IMG/VR virus record: IMGVR_UViG_3300043443_000209
Coordinates: 1 to 63,968 of that record
Direction: 5' to 3' (one strand)
Origin: a virus
Taxonomy: Duplodnaviria > Caudoviricetes
DNA: 63,968 nt
Shown here: positions 47,633 to 57,079 of the stretch, piece by piece
How positions within the stretch are numbered: the first letter of the stretch is position 1
Layout: each line of letters opens with the position of its first letter
The notes under the pieces: generated by a model
What the model was told of the DNA's origin: nothing
Databases searched by the model: none
The model's input: only the letters and a program-made list of their open reading frames with translations
Made by a program: the position numbers and the translations under genes

Positions 47633-48871
47633 ATGATATATCCACCAGCACCCTTCGCAGCCCCATTTGCATCACCCTTTGCCGCCCCATTTGCTCCCCC
47701 ACCTATTGCTATGGTGGGTCCACAGCAAACAACCTCCCCTTCTCCTACTCCAGAACCTAACGAGAAGCGTTATATCAACTTTAACGCTGGTAATGATGGG
47801 TGTATGGCATATCGTAGAGGGTTTGTATCTAACCATATTAGACTTTCTGGCTATGGTGATGTGGTAGATCTAACAAAGATGGTCACTGAGAAGAATTTTT
47901 ATCAAAATATTCGTTGTATATCCCTCCAAAGACAGGCTGCACCACACCAAAAGAAGTTTATGGAGTTTTTAAAGTCCATTCAGCCTGAATTTGGCTTCAA
48001 AATGATCTATGAAGTGGACGATGTGGTGTTTAGAGAAGAGATTCCAGACCATAATGCTTCGAAATTTGGCTTTGATAACGATGAAGTGCGCCAAAACTGT
48101 ATTGATATGATTAATATGTGTGATGAAGTCACTGTTACATGTCAATATATGAAGGATTTGTATGCAGAAAAGACAGGCCACAAGCAAATTACAGTAGTTC
48201 CTAACTTTATGCCTCATTGGTGGATAGGACACCAGTATAATTATAAGAGAATTTGTGATAATCTTGAAAAATATGAGCAAAAACCAAGAGTTGTATACGC
48301 TGGATCAGGCGCACACTTCGATGTGAAGAACAATTCGGGAGGTCAAGACGACTTTTCCCATGTAATTAAGTTTATTGTTGATAATAGACATAAATATCAG
48401 TTTGTTTTCATTGGTGCATACCCTCCACCCCTTCATCAATATGTAATTTCTAAGGAAATTGAGTTCCACGGATGGAAAACTTTGATTGATTATCCTAATT
48501 TCTTAGCATCATTGAACGCACAAGTGTTTATTGCACCCTTAATGGACATTCCTTTCAACAGAAGTAAGTCTGATATTAAGTTTATTGAGGCTGCACAGCT
48601 TGGAATTCCATGTCTTTGTCAAGATATGGTGACATATTCATCGGCTCCTGACTTTCTAAAGTTCAAAACTGCTGAAGAATTAGCCGATAAGATCGAAATG
48701 ATTACTAGTTGGAAGAACAGATCCAAGTATTATCAGCTTGTTCCAGATCTTAGAAAGCTCGGAGAGACTAGATTCCTTGAAAGACCTGAAAATATTGGTT
48801 GCTTTCTTGAAGCTTTTGATCTACCATATGGTTCCGATCAACGAAGATACCTCAAGAAATGGAATTCTTGA
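47633..48871 (+). CDS. GT-B-type glycosyltransferase-like protein
   Basis: GC..YR, LQRQ, YEVDD, D.VTVT, VVPNF, YAGS..H, IAPL....FNRSKS.IKFIE...GIP; Pro-rich (PFAA)n N-terminus. Confidence 0.75.
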   Translation: MIYPPAPFAAPFASPFAAPFAPPPIAMVGPQQTTSPSPTPEPNEKRYINFNAGNDGCMAYRRGFVSNHIRLSGYGDVVDLTKMVTEKNFYQNIRCISLQRQAAPHQKKFMEFLKSIQPEFGFKMIYEVDDVVFREEIPDHNASKFGFDNDEVRQNCIDMINMCDEVTVTCQYMKDLYAEKTGHKQITVVPNFMPHWWIGHQYNYKRICDNLEKYEQKPRVVYAGSGAHFDVKNNSGGQDDFSHVIKFIVDNRHKYQFVFIGAYPPPLHQYVISKEIEFHGWKTLIDYPNFLASLNAQVFIAPLMDIPFNRSKSDIKFIEAAQLGIPCLCQDMVTYSSAPDFLKFKTAEELADKIEMITSWKNRSKYYQLVPDLRKLGETRFLERPENIGCFLEAFDLPYGSDQRRYLKKWNS

Positions 48872-48895
48872 CAAATAAGGTTGGTCTGGTATTCT
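48868..48895 (+). promoter_or_regulatory. Sigma70-type promoter of DNA polymerase
   Basis: TTGACA-N16-TATTCT-N7-ATG, with TG in the extended -10 position. Confidence 0.65.
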
Positions 48896-48902
48896 AAATT
48901 CG

Positions 48903-51476
48903 ATGTATAGGAACTGTGTATATAACAACAGGACGAAATCAATTCACCTGTGGACTTGGGATGCTCAAGGAAACCGTTGTTTTCAGGAGTTAGAGTTCAA
49001 TCCATACCTATATTTGGAGGCAAAAGACGGTCCTGCCAAGTCAATTTATGGAACTTCTCTTAAGAAAAAGGAGTTTAATACAAAATGGGATAGAGATAAG
49101 TTTGTTAAAGAGAGTGGAATTAAAAGAATATTTGAAAATCTTCCACCTTATCAACAATTTTTAATTGATAATTACTATCATTGTTCAGAAGATCCTACCT
49201 TTTCACAGTTTCCTCTTAAAATTTTATTCATAGATATTGAATGTCCGGGTATTCCGGGGGGAAAATTCCCAGAAGCGGAGTTGGCAGAGAACGAAATCAA
49301 TCTTTTAACACTATATGATTCTTTAAGTAAGACATATAATGTGTTTGGATTAAAAGAATACACTCCAAAGAACAAAAATGTTAATTATATTCACTGTAAA
49401 AGTGAAATAGACCTGTTGAAGCGTGTTATAATGTTCATTTCATCAGATTATCCTGACTGTTTAGTAGGATTTAACTCTGCAAATTTCGATATTAAGTATC
49501 TTGTTAATCGAATTACCTTCCAATTGGATGAGGATTGGGCAAAAATGTTGTCTCCTCTTGAGAGAATTTACGAAAAGTTTAACAAAACTGGTAAATTCGG
49601 TATGCCAACGAAGGAATATGTTATTGAAGGTATCTCTTGTTTAGATTATTATGTTCTTTATAAGAAGTTTGCGTTGGAACCATTAGAGTCTTACAAGCTA
49701 GACTTCATTGCAGAAGTAGAATTGGATGAAAACAAAGTCGAATATGAAGGAACTCTTGCAGAATTAGCCATTCGTGATTGGGAAACTTATGTTGATTACA
49801 ACATTAAGGATGTAGAAATTCTTGTAAAGCTTGATGATAAGCTGAGATACATTGAGTTGTTGAGATTTATTTCGTATCTTGGACTTTGTAACATGGAAAA
49901 CGCAATCAATACTGTTCCTGTTATTAATGGTGCAGTAGCAATTAGAGCCAGAAATCGTGGTGAGAAGATTCCAACCTTTGTGACTGTTAATGCAGAAGGA
50001 AAAATCCCCGGTGGACACGTTGCAGAACCAAAAATGGGATTTTCAAAGTCGATTGTTAGCTTTGATGCTAACTCTCTGTATCCTAGTGTGATGATTTCTT
50101 TAAATACTTCACCAGAAACCAAGATTGGTAGTGTGGAACACATCGGAGAGAAGTATGTTATCAAGCATGTGTCAGGAAGAACTTTCGAAATGACGAAAGA
50201 AAACTATGCGAAGTATGTGAAGGAAGAGAAATTATCGAAATCTGAAGCAGGAATTCTATTTACGCAAAAGAAAAAGGGAATTATGCCAGAATTCTTGGAG
50301 TTCCTTTACACAAAGCGTAAACAAATGAAGTCTGAGATGTTAAAACTTCAGAAGGAATATGAATCCAAGAAGAAATCTCTACCAAAGGACAAACAAAGTG
50401 AGTGGGAAACTAATATTCAGAAGTTGGACACCTTCCAAAACGCATATAAGATTACTCTTAATTCAACTTACGGATATTGTGTGAATAATTATGCACCATT
50501 GGCCGATAAAGAGATTGGAGCATCCGTTACATTGACTGGCCAATCAGTAATTAAGAAAAGTAATGAACTCTTGATAGAATTTTTGAAGCAAGAGTATCCC
50601 GATCTTGGTGATAGAGCAGAACAAGTAGTAATTTATAATGATACGGACTCTTGTTACATTACATTAGATGTTTTGAAAGATTTTGGCGTAGAATTATTGG
50701 ATGGTGATAAAGTTTCTCAGAAATTTTATGAAGTGTGTGACAAAATCGGAGATTATATTAATGCAGGATGTAATGCATGGGCAAAAAGAAGATTATGGTC
50801 ACAAGATCCTAGGTTTGTATTCAAAAGAGAATCAATTTGCGACTTCGGAATCTTTATTGCGAAGAAATATTACGCACTTCATATTCTAGATAGTGAAGGA
50901 ACTCCTGTAAACAAGTATAAGTATAAGGGAGTGGATGTTGTTAAGTCAACAATGCCTAAAGTTATCAAACCTTATCTGAAAAATGTTATCGAGACAATGA
51001 TTTCAACACAATCATTGAAGGAAACTAATGAAGCCTTTAATAAAGTGTATGATAAGTATGTTGCAATGGGTATCGATGGTGTGTACACTACAGTTTCTCT
51101 TAATACTTTTAATAAGTATGTTAATAAAATTAAAGGATTAGAATGTCCATCAAAAACTCCGGGCCAAGTTGTTGCTGCAAATGCCTACAATGTCCTACTT
51201 GAAAAGTTAAACATCGAGGATAAGTATGAGAAATTCAAAGAAGGGGAGAAAGCAAAACTTCTTTATGTGAAAACACCGAACAGGTATGGAATTAAGAGAA
51301 TTGCTTTCAAAAACAAATATCCTGAAGAATTTGATGAAATTTTTGAGATAGATTATCGACTAATGTTTCATAAAGTAGTTTTTGAAGCCATTGATCGATT
51401 TTATCGAGCAGTTAATTGGAAACTCAGAAAACCAACAGAGAATGTAAAAATAGAATTAGAGGATTTTTTTAGATAA
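48903..51476 (+). CDS. gp43: Family B DNA polymerase (gp43)
   Basis: Exonuclease motifs DIE, FN...FD, YN..D; polymerase motifs SFDANSLYPS, K..LNS.YG, YNDTDS, KKYY. Confidence 0.97.
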   Translation: MYRNCVYNNRTKSIHLWTWDAQGNRCFQELEFNPYLYLEAKDGPAKSIYGTSLKKKEFNTKWDRDKFVKESGIKRIFENLPPYQQFLIDNYYHCSEDPTFSQFPLKILFIDIECPGIPGGKFPEAELAENEINLLTLYDSLSKTYNVFGLKEYTPKNKNVNYIHCKSEIDLLKRVIMFISSDYPDCLVGFNSANFDIKYLVNRITFQLDEDWAKMLSPLERIYEKFNKTGKFGMPTKEYVIEGISCLDYYVLYKKFALEPLESYKLDFIAEVELDENKVEYEGTLAELAIRDWETYVDYNIKDVEILVKLDDKLRYIELLRFISYLGLCNMENAINTVPVINGAVAIRARNRGEKIPTFVTVNAEGKIPGGHVAEPKMGFSKSIVSFDANSLYPSVMISLNTSPETKIGSVEHIGEKYVIKHVSGRTFEMTKENYAKYVKEEKLSKSEAGILFTQKKKGIMPEFLEFLYTKRKQMKSEMLKLQKEYESKKKSLPKDKQSEWETNIQKLDTFQNAYKITLNSTYGYCVNNYAPLADKEIGASVTLTGQSVIKKSNELLIEFLKQEYPDLGDRAEQVVIYNDTDSCYITLDVLKDFGVELLDGDKVSQKFYEVCDKIGDYINAGCNAWAKRRLWSQDPRFVFKRESICDFGIFIAKKYYALHILDSEGTPVNKYKYKGVDVVKSTMPKVIKPYLKNVIETMISTQSLKETNEAFNKVYDKYVAMGIDGVYTTVSLNTFNKYVNKIKGLECPSKTPGQVVAANAYNVLLEKLNIEDKYEKFKEGEKAKLLYVKTPNRYGIKRIAFKNKYPEEFDEIFEIDYRLMFHKVVFEAIDRFYRAVNWKLRKPTENVKIELEDFFR

Positions 51477-51477
51477 T

Positions 51478-51879
51478 ATGAATATACAACAAGCTTATAA
51501 CAAAGGACTAGATGATGCTGAATCAATAGCAGTTGCTAAACTATTAAATGCATTAAATGGTAATGATGATGGACCATTTAATAATCCACAGATGGAGGAG
51601 GTTAGACAGAGAATTTTAGTTAATGGACAACCTAAACCTTTTGATGTTGAGGATATCTTTATTAGTAATAGCGATTTACTGAATGCTATTACTAATACCC
51701 TCCTAGGAAAGACAGTATTTTTAGAAAACCTATCACCAATTGAACGCAGAGTGATTGATATCATGTCGGAAGTTCGTGATATTTCCAAATCAGCGTCAAA
51801 AAGCAAAGTTTCTGTGAAATTTAGAGAATTAATCACGGAATTGGAGATTGACATTATCAAAGAGAAGAGTAAATTATAA
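51478..51879 (+). CDS. Hypothetical protein
   Basis: 133-aa ORF in the operon. Confidence 0.65.
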   Translation: MNIQQAYNKGLDDAESIAVAKLLNALNGNDDGPFNNPQMEEVRQRILVNGQPKPFDVEDIFISNSDLLNAITNTLLGKTVFLENLSPIERRVIDIMSEVRDISKSASKSKVSVKFRELITELEIDIIKEKSKL

Positions 51880-51884
51880 TACAT

Positions 51885-52244
51885 ATGAAAGACAAACACA
51901 AAATCATTATTGACCAAGTTGGTAGAACTGTTCTGGGAACCTTAGTTCATCAGGATGAAAAGACACTAACACTTCACAACCCAACCATTCTACACGTTCA
52001 ACAAACACAGGATGGTCGTTTAACCATGAACTTCTTCCCGGTTCTATTCTTTGAATTTTTGGAAGAAGGTAAGCGTGAGAAAAATGAATGGATCTATGAT
52101 AAGTCCAGCATCACAATCGGTAGCGGAATCGAACTTAAACCCGATCTTATCAATCACTACGAAGAATTTAACAAGCCAAAGGCTCCCGCACCAGCACCTA
52201 CAGGAAATCCAAAGGTGATTTCCTTAGATGATATTGAAGACTAA
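51885..52244 (+). CDS. Hypothetical protein (possible Sm-like beta fold)
   Basis: GRTVLG...LTLHNP..L..Q pattern seen in T4-like phage small proteins. Confidence 0.65.
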   Translation: MKDKHKIIIDQVGRTVLGTLVHQDEKTLTLHNPTILHVQQTQDGRLTMNFFPVLFFEFLEEGKREKNEWIYDKSSITIGSGIELKPDLINHYEEFNKPKAPAPAPTGNPKVISLDDIED

Positions 52245-52245
52245 T

Positions 52246-53499
52246 ATGGATAAAGATATTAAAAAATTATTTGATGAGATTGATGAAGTCAATCCATACG
52301 CAACCTATCTGGCAGACTCCACCCTCTCCAATATTGGAGAGCATGAGTGGATTGATACTGGATCGCTTGCATTAAATGCAATCATCTCTGGATCGATGTA
52401 TAAAGGTATTCCTATGGGAAGAGTGACACAATTTGCTGGACCTTCCATGTCTGGTAAAACATTCTTTGTTCAAAAGATTATTGCCAATGCACAGAAGATG
52501 GGCAAGCATGTCGTTGTGTTCGATAGTGAAAACGCTATCGATGCAGAGGGTGCAGTTGGATTTGGTATCGATCCGTCCAAGATTAAGTATGTCCCTACAA
52601 CTACTATCGAGAATACTAGAAATGCGATCTTTAAATTCTTGAAGAAGGTTGCAGAATCAGGTAGACTCGGAGAGTTTGTTATTGTTGTTGACTCATTAGC
52701 AAACATGGAATCAGAACTTGGAGAATCCAGAATGGAAAAGGATTCAACTTCATCTGACATGGGAACATTTGCGAAGTCTATCAAGAGTTTTCTTAAGACC
52801 TGTGTGAACTGGAGTAAGATTACAAAGACTGCAATTGTCATTACTAATGAAGTGTATGACAACCCTAACGAAATGTATCCTTCTCTTGAGAAGAACATGC
52901 CGGGAGGTAAGGCTGCTGTTTATAAACCATCAGTAACAGTTCAATTGGCAAGACGACCAATGAAAGATGATGAAGGTAAGACAGTTGATAATACTCTTGC
53001 TGCTGGTCAGAAAAATTACTCAGGAGTTATTCTTAGATGTTTGACTGTTAAAAATAGATTCATCAAGCAATTCTTGGAAGCAGAACTCTATCTATCATTT
53101 GCAACAGGACTGGATAAGTATTACGGTCTTCTTAGCATTATGAGAGATATTGGAGTCGTTGAATTGGATGGAAAGACCTACAAGGACTTTGAGGGAAACT
53201 CTTTAGGATTCTATAAATCATGGAGAAAGAAAAAGGATGTTTGGAAAAAACTTTTACCTGAACTTGAGAGAAGAATTCAAGAGGAGTGGAAATATTCTAA
53301 CGAAGAAACACCTATGGACGAAGAAGATGTAAATGACGAAGTGGAAACTGAAACAGAAGAATCTGATGAATCACCTTTGGAAGCATTGAAGAGGGTTAAG
53401 AAGAAAGTTTCTAAGGCTCTTGACGATGCAGAAGCTAAGGACAAGAAGAAAAAGAAAAAGGACGAAGAGGAAGAAACTCCTGACGAAGAAGATGCCTAA
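52246..53499 (+). CDS. uvsX: RecA-like recombinase UvsX
   Basis: IDTGSLALNAIISG, GPSMSGKT, FDSE, VVDSL, PGG..Y, KNRF; charged C-terminal tail. Confidence 0.93.
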   Translation: MDKDIKKLFDEIDEVNPYATYLADSTLSNIGEHEWIDTGSLALNAIISGSMYKGIPMGRVTQFAGPSMSGKTFFVQKIIANAQKMGKHVVVFDSENAIDAEGAVGFGIDPSKIKYVPTTTIENTRNAIFKFLKKVAESGRLGEFVIVVDSLANMESELGESRMEKDSTSSDMGTFAKSIKSFLKTCVNWSKITKTAIVITNEVYDNPNEMYPSLEKNMPGGKAAVYKPSVTVQLARRPMKDDEGKTVDNTLAAGQKNYSGVILRCLTVKNRFIKQFLEAELYLSFATGLDKYYGLLSIMRDIGVVELDGKTYKDFEGNSLGFYKSWRKKKDVWKKLLPELERRIQEEWKYSNEETPMDEEDVNDEVETETEESDESPLEALKRVKKKVSKALDDAEAKDKKKKKKDEEEETPDEEDA

Positions 53500-54232
53500 T
53501 TTCGAATTTATTAATGGTGATTGTTTGGAGGAACTGCCAAAACTAAAAGACAATAGTGTTGATTTTATTTTTTGCGATCCCCCTTATGACCAAAATTATA
53601 GATACGGATGGGATAAAGGTTTAGACTTTTCAAAAGTCTGGATCGAATTAAAAAGAATATTGAAAGAAGATGGGGTTGTTGCTTTAACAGGGCAACAGCC
53701 CTTTACTTCTTATTTGGTCCAATCAAATTTAGATTGGTTTCGTTACGAATGGATATGGGACAAGCAAGTTCCCAAAGGAATGCATAGAGTTAAACAACAA
53801 CCTATGCGAAAACATGAAAATGTTTTGATCTTTTCGAAGAATTACAAACATAATTATTATCCTGTGATGGTTCCTAGAGAAAAACCAGTCACTTCCTACA
53901 ATATCACAAAAAATAATAAGGGTGGAACAGGGTCATATGTGAATAACGATAAGAAAACATTCACATACACTCATAAAAATCCGAATAGCATCATAGTTGG
54001 ATGCTTTGAAGCTAATAGAGGGAATGTTAGGTATCATCCCACACAAAAGCCAGTGTCTTTACTGGAATATCTAATCAAAACTTACACCAAAGAAGGTGAT
54101 ACAGTTTTAGATTTTTGTTATGGCTCCTGTTCAACGGGTGTAGCCTGTAAAAATCTGAATAGAGATTTCATCGGAATAGAATTAGATGAAAAATACTTTA
54201 AGGTTGGAAAAGAAAGAGTGTTAGCTATTTAA
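53492..54232 (+). CDS. DNA methyltransferase (N6-A/N4-C, beta class)
   Basis: GDCLE, DPPY, HPTQKP, VLDFCYGS.STG, FIGIE. Start moved to MPNFEF. Confidence 0.9.
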   Translation: MPNFEFINGDCLEELPKLKDNSVDFIFCDPPYDQNYRYGWDKGLDFSKVWIELKRILKEDGVVALTGQQPFTSYLVQSNLDWFRYEWIWDKQVPKGMHRVKQQPMRKHENVLIFSKNYKHNYYPVMVPREKPVTSYNITKNNKGGTGSYVNNDKKTFTYTHKNPNSIIVGCFEANRGNVRYHPTQKPVSLLEYLIKTYTKEGDTVLDFCYGSCSTGVACKNLNRDFIGIELDEKYFKVGKERVLAI

Positions 54233-55732
54233 ATTTCTTACCAACCATTCGTGAGCAGTTAATTTTCTGACACCACGATCTTTAAATTCTCCTCTTGGCT
54301 TGAATTTATCTTTATTAAGCTGTTCAGTCATGTAGTTCATGACATAGGATTCTTTTTGTGGGTCTAGATCTACATTCTGGTTTTGCATAATAGCATCCTG
54401 AAGTCTAGCTTCTAATCCTTTAAGTTGTTGGATCTTATTATCGGCGTATCTATTAACATTACTTGAAACATCATTACTAAGTGCAAACTCATCTGCCTTA
54501 CTTTGTGATAACTCACGCTTTCTTTGTTGAACTCTAGCAAAATCTGAGAATATTTTCTTTTCTTCTGGGGTGGTGATGTATTTATTGATGATATCCTTAT
54601 CGTAACCGGAGATATCTTCTTGAACATCTGGAAGATCGTGAACTTCATAGGATTTAAGTTCCTTAACTTCTTCAATTAGATAGTCAACAAGGGAAGGGAT
54701 GGTTGCACTCTTGGAGTTTTGTTCTTTGAAACGGGTTATTTTTGCGTAGAAATCGTCAAGATCAATACCTGTATCCTTCAGAGTTAAATAGGTGTCATAC
54801 AATTTCTTATAAAGAGGAATACCACCATAGTATAATGCTTTAATTTTGTTTCTACTAAATGTTCCGAATAGGTCTTCTACCTCATCGAAGGCACTTTCAA
54901 TGGAAATATTTCTATTTCTTGATAAAATACTATCAACCTTTTCTGTAATCGAGGTTGCATCAGCCAAAAGAAGTTCCAATGCATCCAAAACGATCACAAG
55001 ATTGTCTGCATACGAAGATGTATTGTCTCCTGTCGAGATTTCGCTGTGACTGCTTTGATATGGTTTACCTTTTGTGGTATTTGATTTTCTTACAGCTTGC
55101 GCTCTGATAACTAGTTTGATTTTATCATAGATTCCTTTACCAGTTTGAATATCATCAAGCTCTTCATGTCCCATACCGTAAAGTTCTTCTCTTCTTTGGG
55201 CCATTGCTTGTGAATATCTGTTGGTAACTCTATTATCCCTAATATATTCTAGAATATTATTTTTATTAGTTACCTTATTTTTGAATTCATCGGACATCAC
55301 ATAACTCTTTTTGTCATCAACTGCTTTTAGAATGGTTGCACGATACAACTTATCAACATCAGCGTATCCAGCGTTCTTCCATTTTCTATCACTAATTCCC
55401 AAATAATCACAGCAAGCCGAAACTATGAAGTCTTTAGCCTCTTCTTCGGAAATTTCTTCATCAAAATCAATATCTGCGGCATCATAGTCAAACTCTTTAT
55501 CTAATCCTAGAAGAATGTATAGAAAGAATCTTAATTGTCTGTTAGTAAATGATGCCTTACCGGGAATTCTGGTATCCCCTAAGACCCCACCCTCTCTCAT
55601 AACTTTACCTACTTCATTAAAATATTGGGCAGCCTTCTCCCCATGCGGTCCTAAACCAGTCAATGGGCTTGGTCTTCCTTCATTGAGGATATCCATTTGC
55701 TCGGTGAAAAATTCAAAGGTAAAGTTTGTCAT
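54221..55732 (-). CDS. Hypothetical, probable late virion-internal protein
   Basis: 503 aa, opposite strand to its neighbours; TAAATA-N5-ATG; N-terminal ..FTEQMDILNEGR. Confidence 0.7.
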   Translation of the reverse strand: MTNFTFEFFTEQMDILNEGRPSPLTGLGPHGEKAAQYFNEVGKVMREGGVLGDTRIPGKASFTNRQLRFFLYILLGLDKEFDYDAADIDFDEEISEEEAKDFIVSACCDYLGISDRKWKNAGYADVDKLYRATILKAVDDKKSYVMSDEFKNKVTNKNNILEYIRDNRVTNRYSQAMAQRREELYGMGHEELDDIQTGKGIYDKIKLVIRAQAVRKSNTTKGKPYQSSHSEISTGDNTSSYADNLVIVLDALELLLADATSITEKVDSILSRNRNISIESAFDEVEDLFGTFSRNKIKALYYGGIPLYKKLYDTYLTLKDTGIDLDDFYAKITRFKEQNSKSATIPSLVDYLIEEVKELKSYEVHDLPDVQEDISGYDKDIINKYITTPEEKKIFSDFARVQQRKRELSQSKADEFALSNDVSSNVNRYADNKIQQLKGLEARLQDAIMQNQNVDLDPQKESYVMNYMTEQLNKDKFKPRGEFKDRGVRKLTAHEWLVRNLNS

Positions 55733-55748
55733 ATCTATATTTAACTAT

Positions 55749-55776
55749 TTGACAATCAAATCCCTTCTGATACACT
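55749..55776 (+). promoter_or_regulatory. Sigma70-type promoter
   Basis: TTGACA-N16-TACACT-N6-ATG. Confidence 0.7.
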
Positions 55777-55782
55777 AAAAAC

Positions 55783-56532
55783 ATGAAAATAGACAATCCT
55801 GTAATCTTTTCGGCTAGTGCCAATACTGACGAAACCCTTTTGGAGCGGTCAATATCGGACTTAAACCTTGATATTCAACACCATAGAGCGTTCAGCAACA
55901 GAAAATCCCTTCCTGAAGTCTATAATGAGCAAATTGAGAAGGGAATCGCTGAAGGAAGAGACTGCCTTATACTAATTCATGATGATGTTACCCTTGAGGA
56001 AGATCCAATTCCCAAATTAGAGAAGCTTTTTGATGAATTTGATGTGGTTGGGGTTGCGGGAACCTCCAGATGCAAGCTTTCCAGTCCTGCATTGTGGCAT
56101 TTGATGGGGGGAGGGTTTAAATCTGGCTATTTACATGGTTGTGTTCAACATTATCATGAAGGACAGAAGTATCCTTCGAATTTTGGAGAATTCCCAATCA
56201 GAGTTGTTCTCATCGATGGTGTTTTTATGGCAATTAACCTTAAAAAGATTGGTAATGTTCGTTTTGATGAGAAAAATCCTGCGAAGTTTCATTTTTATGA
56301 TTTAATCTTCAGTATGGACTGTGCATTGAACAAAAAGAAGGTTGGAGTTGGTGATATTTTGATTACACATGCATCTCCCGGCTTAAGATCATTCACAGAA
56401 GAATGGAAGTCTGGAGAAAATTACTTTTTTAGTAAATATAACAAGTTTAAAGATACTACACTTCAAACTGGTAAATATATTGTGAATGACGGACAAGAAT
56501 TTCGTACGGAAGGTGGTATCCGAGTTACTTGA
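55783..56532 (+). CDS. GT-A glycosyltransferase-like protein (Glyco_tranf_2_5 type)
   Basis: SL..VYN, LIHDDV, GVAG, IDGVFMA, FDE, FHFYD, H.S.G. Confidence 0.8.
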   Translation: MKIDNPVIFSASANTDETLLERSISDLNLDIQHHRAFSNRKSLPEVYNEQIEKGIAEGRDCLILIHDDVTLEEDPIPKLEKLFDEFDVVGVAGTSRCKLSSPALWHLMGGGFKSGYLHGCVQHYHEGQKYPSNFGEFPIRVVLIDGVFMAINLKKIGNVRFDEKNPAKFHFYDLIFSMDCALNKKKVGVGDILITHASPGLRSFTEEWKSGENYFFSKYNKFKDTTLQTGKYIVNDGQEFRTEGGIRVT

Positions 56533-57079
56533 AAATAACTTTTCCGTACTCTTGTATCAAAGCGACAACGAATCTGCTTATGGGGGATGGGTTGATGTTG
56601 ACAATAGACAACTTGCTGCTACAGTAGGGGGATGGAATGGGTTGGATATTCAAGTTCTTATACACGAATACTCACATTTCCTTCAATGGAAGACTAAAAG
56701 AATTTATTATTTGAATAAAGTAAAACATTGTGGAACCTATTTCAATTGGTTGGAAGGTGAAGATCATAAAGATAGCGTTATTGATAAATCTTTGAAAAAA
56801 GTAATAGAATTAGAGTGGGATTGTGAATGTAATGTCATAAAACTGATTAAAAAATATAAATTGGATATAGATATCACGAATTATATTAAATGTGCCAATT
56901 CCTCTCTTCTTTTTTATCATATTTCCCGTGAAAAGCGTAAATGGTGTGAGTATTCACCCTCCAACAGTGATGTAATAAAAAATATGCCAGAGGACTTGAA
57001 AACTTTGGACTTTTATCTAGATAAAAGCAACATCGATGAACAGCAGAGGAAGAAATACTTAGAAATAGTAGCCAAATGA
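56486..57079 (+). CDS. Putative zinc metallopeptidase (HExxH)
   Basis: LIHEYSHFLQW followed by ELEWDCE (candidate third ligand). Confidence 0.6.
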   Translation: MTDKNFVRKVVSELLENNFSVLLYQSDNESAYGGWVDVDNRQLAATVGGWNGLDIQVLIHEYSHFLQWKTKRIYYLNKVKHCGTYFNWLEGEDHKDSVIDKSLKKVIELEWDCECNVIKLIKKYKLDIDITNYIKCANSSLLFYHISREKRKWCEYSPSNSDVIKNMPEDLKTLDFYLDKSNIDEQQRKKYLEIVAK

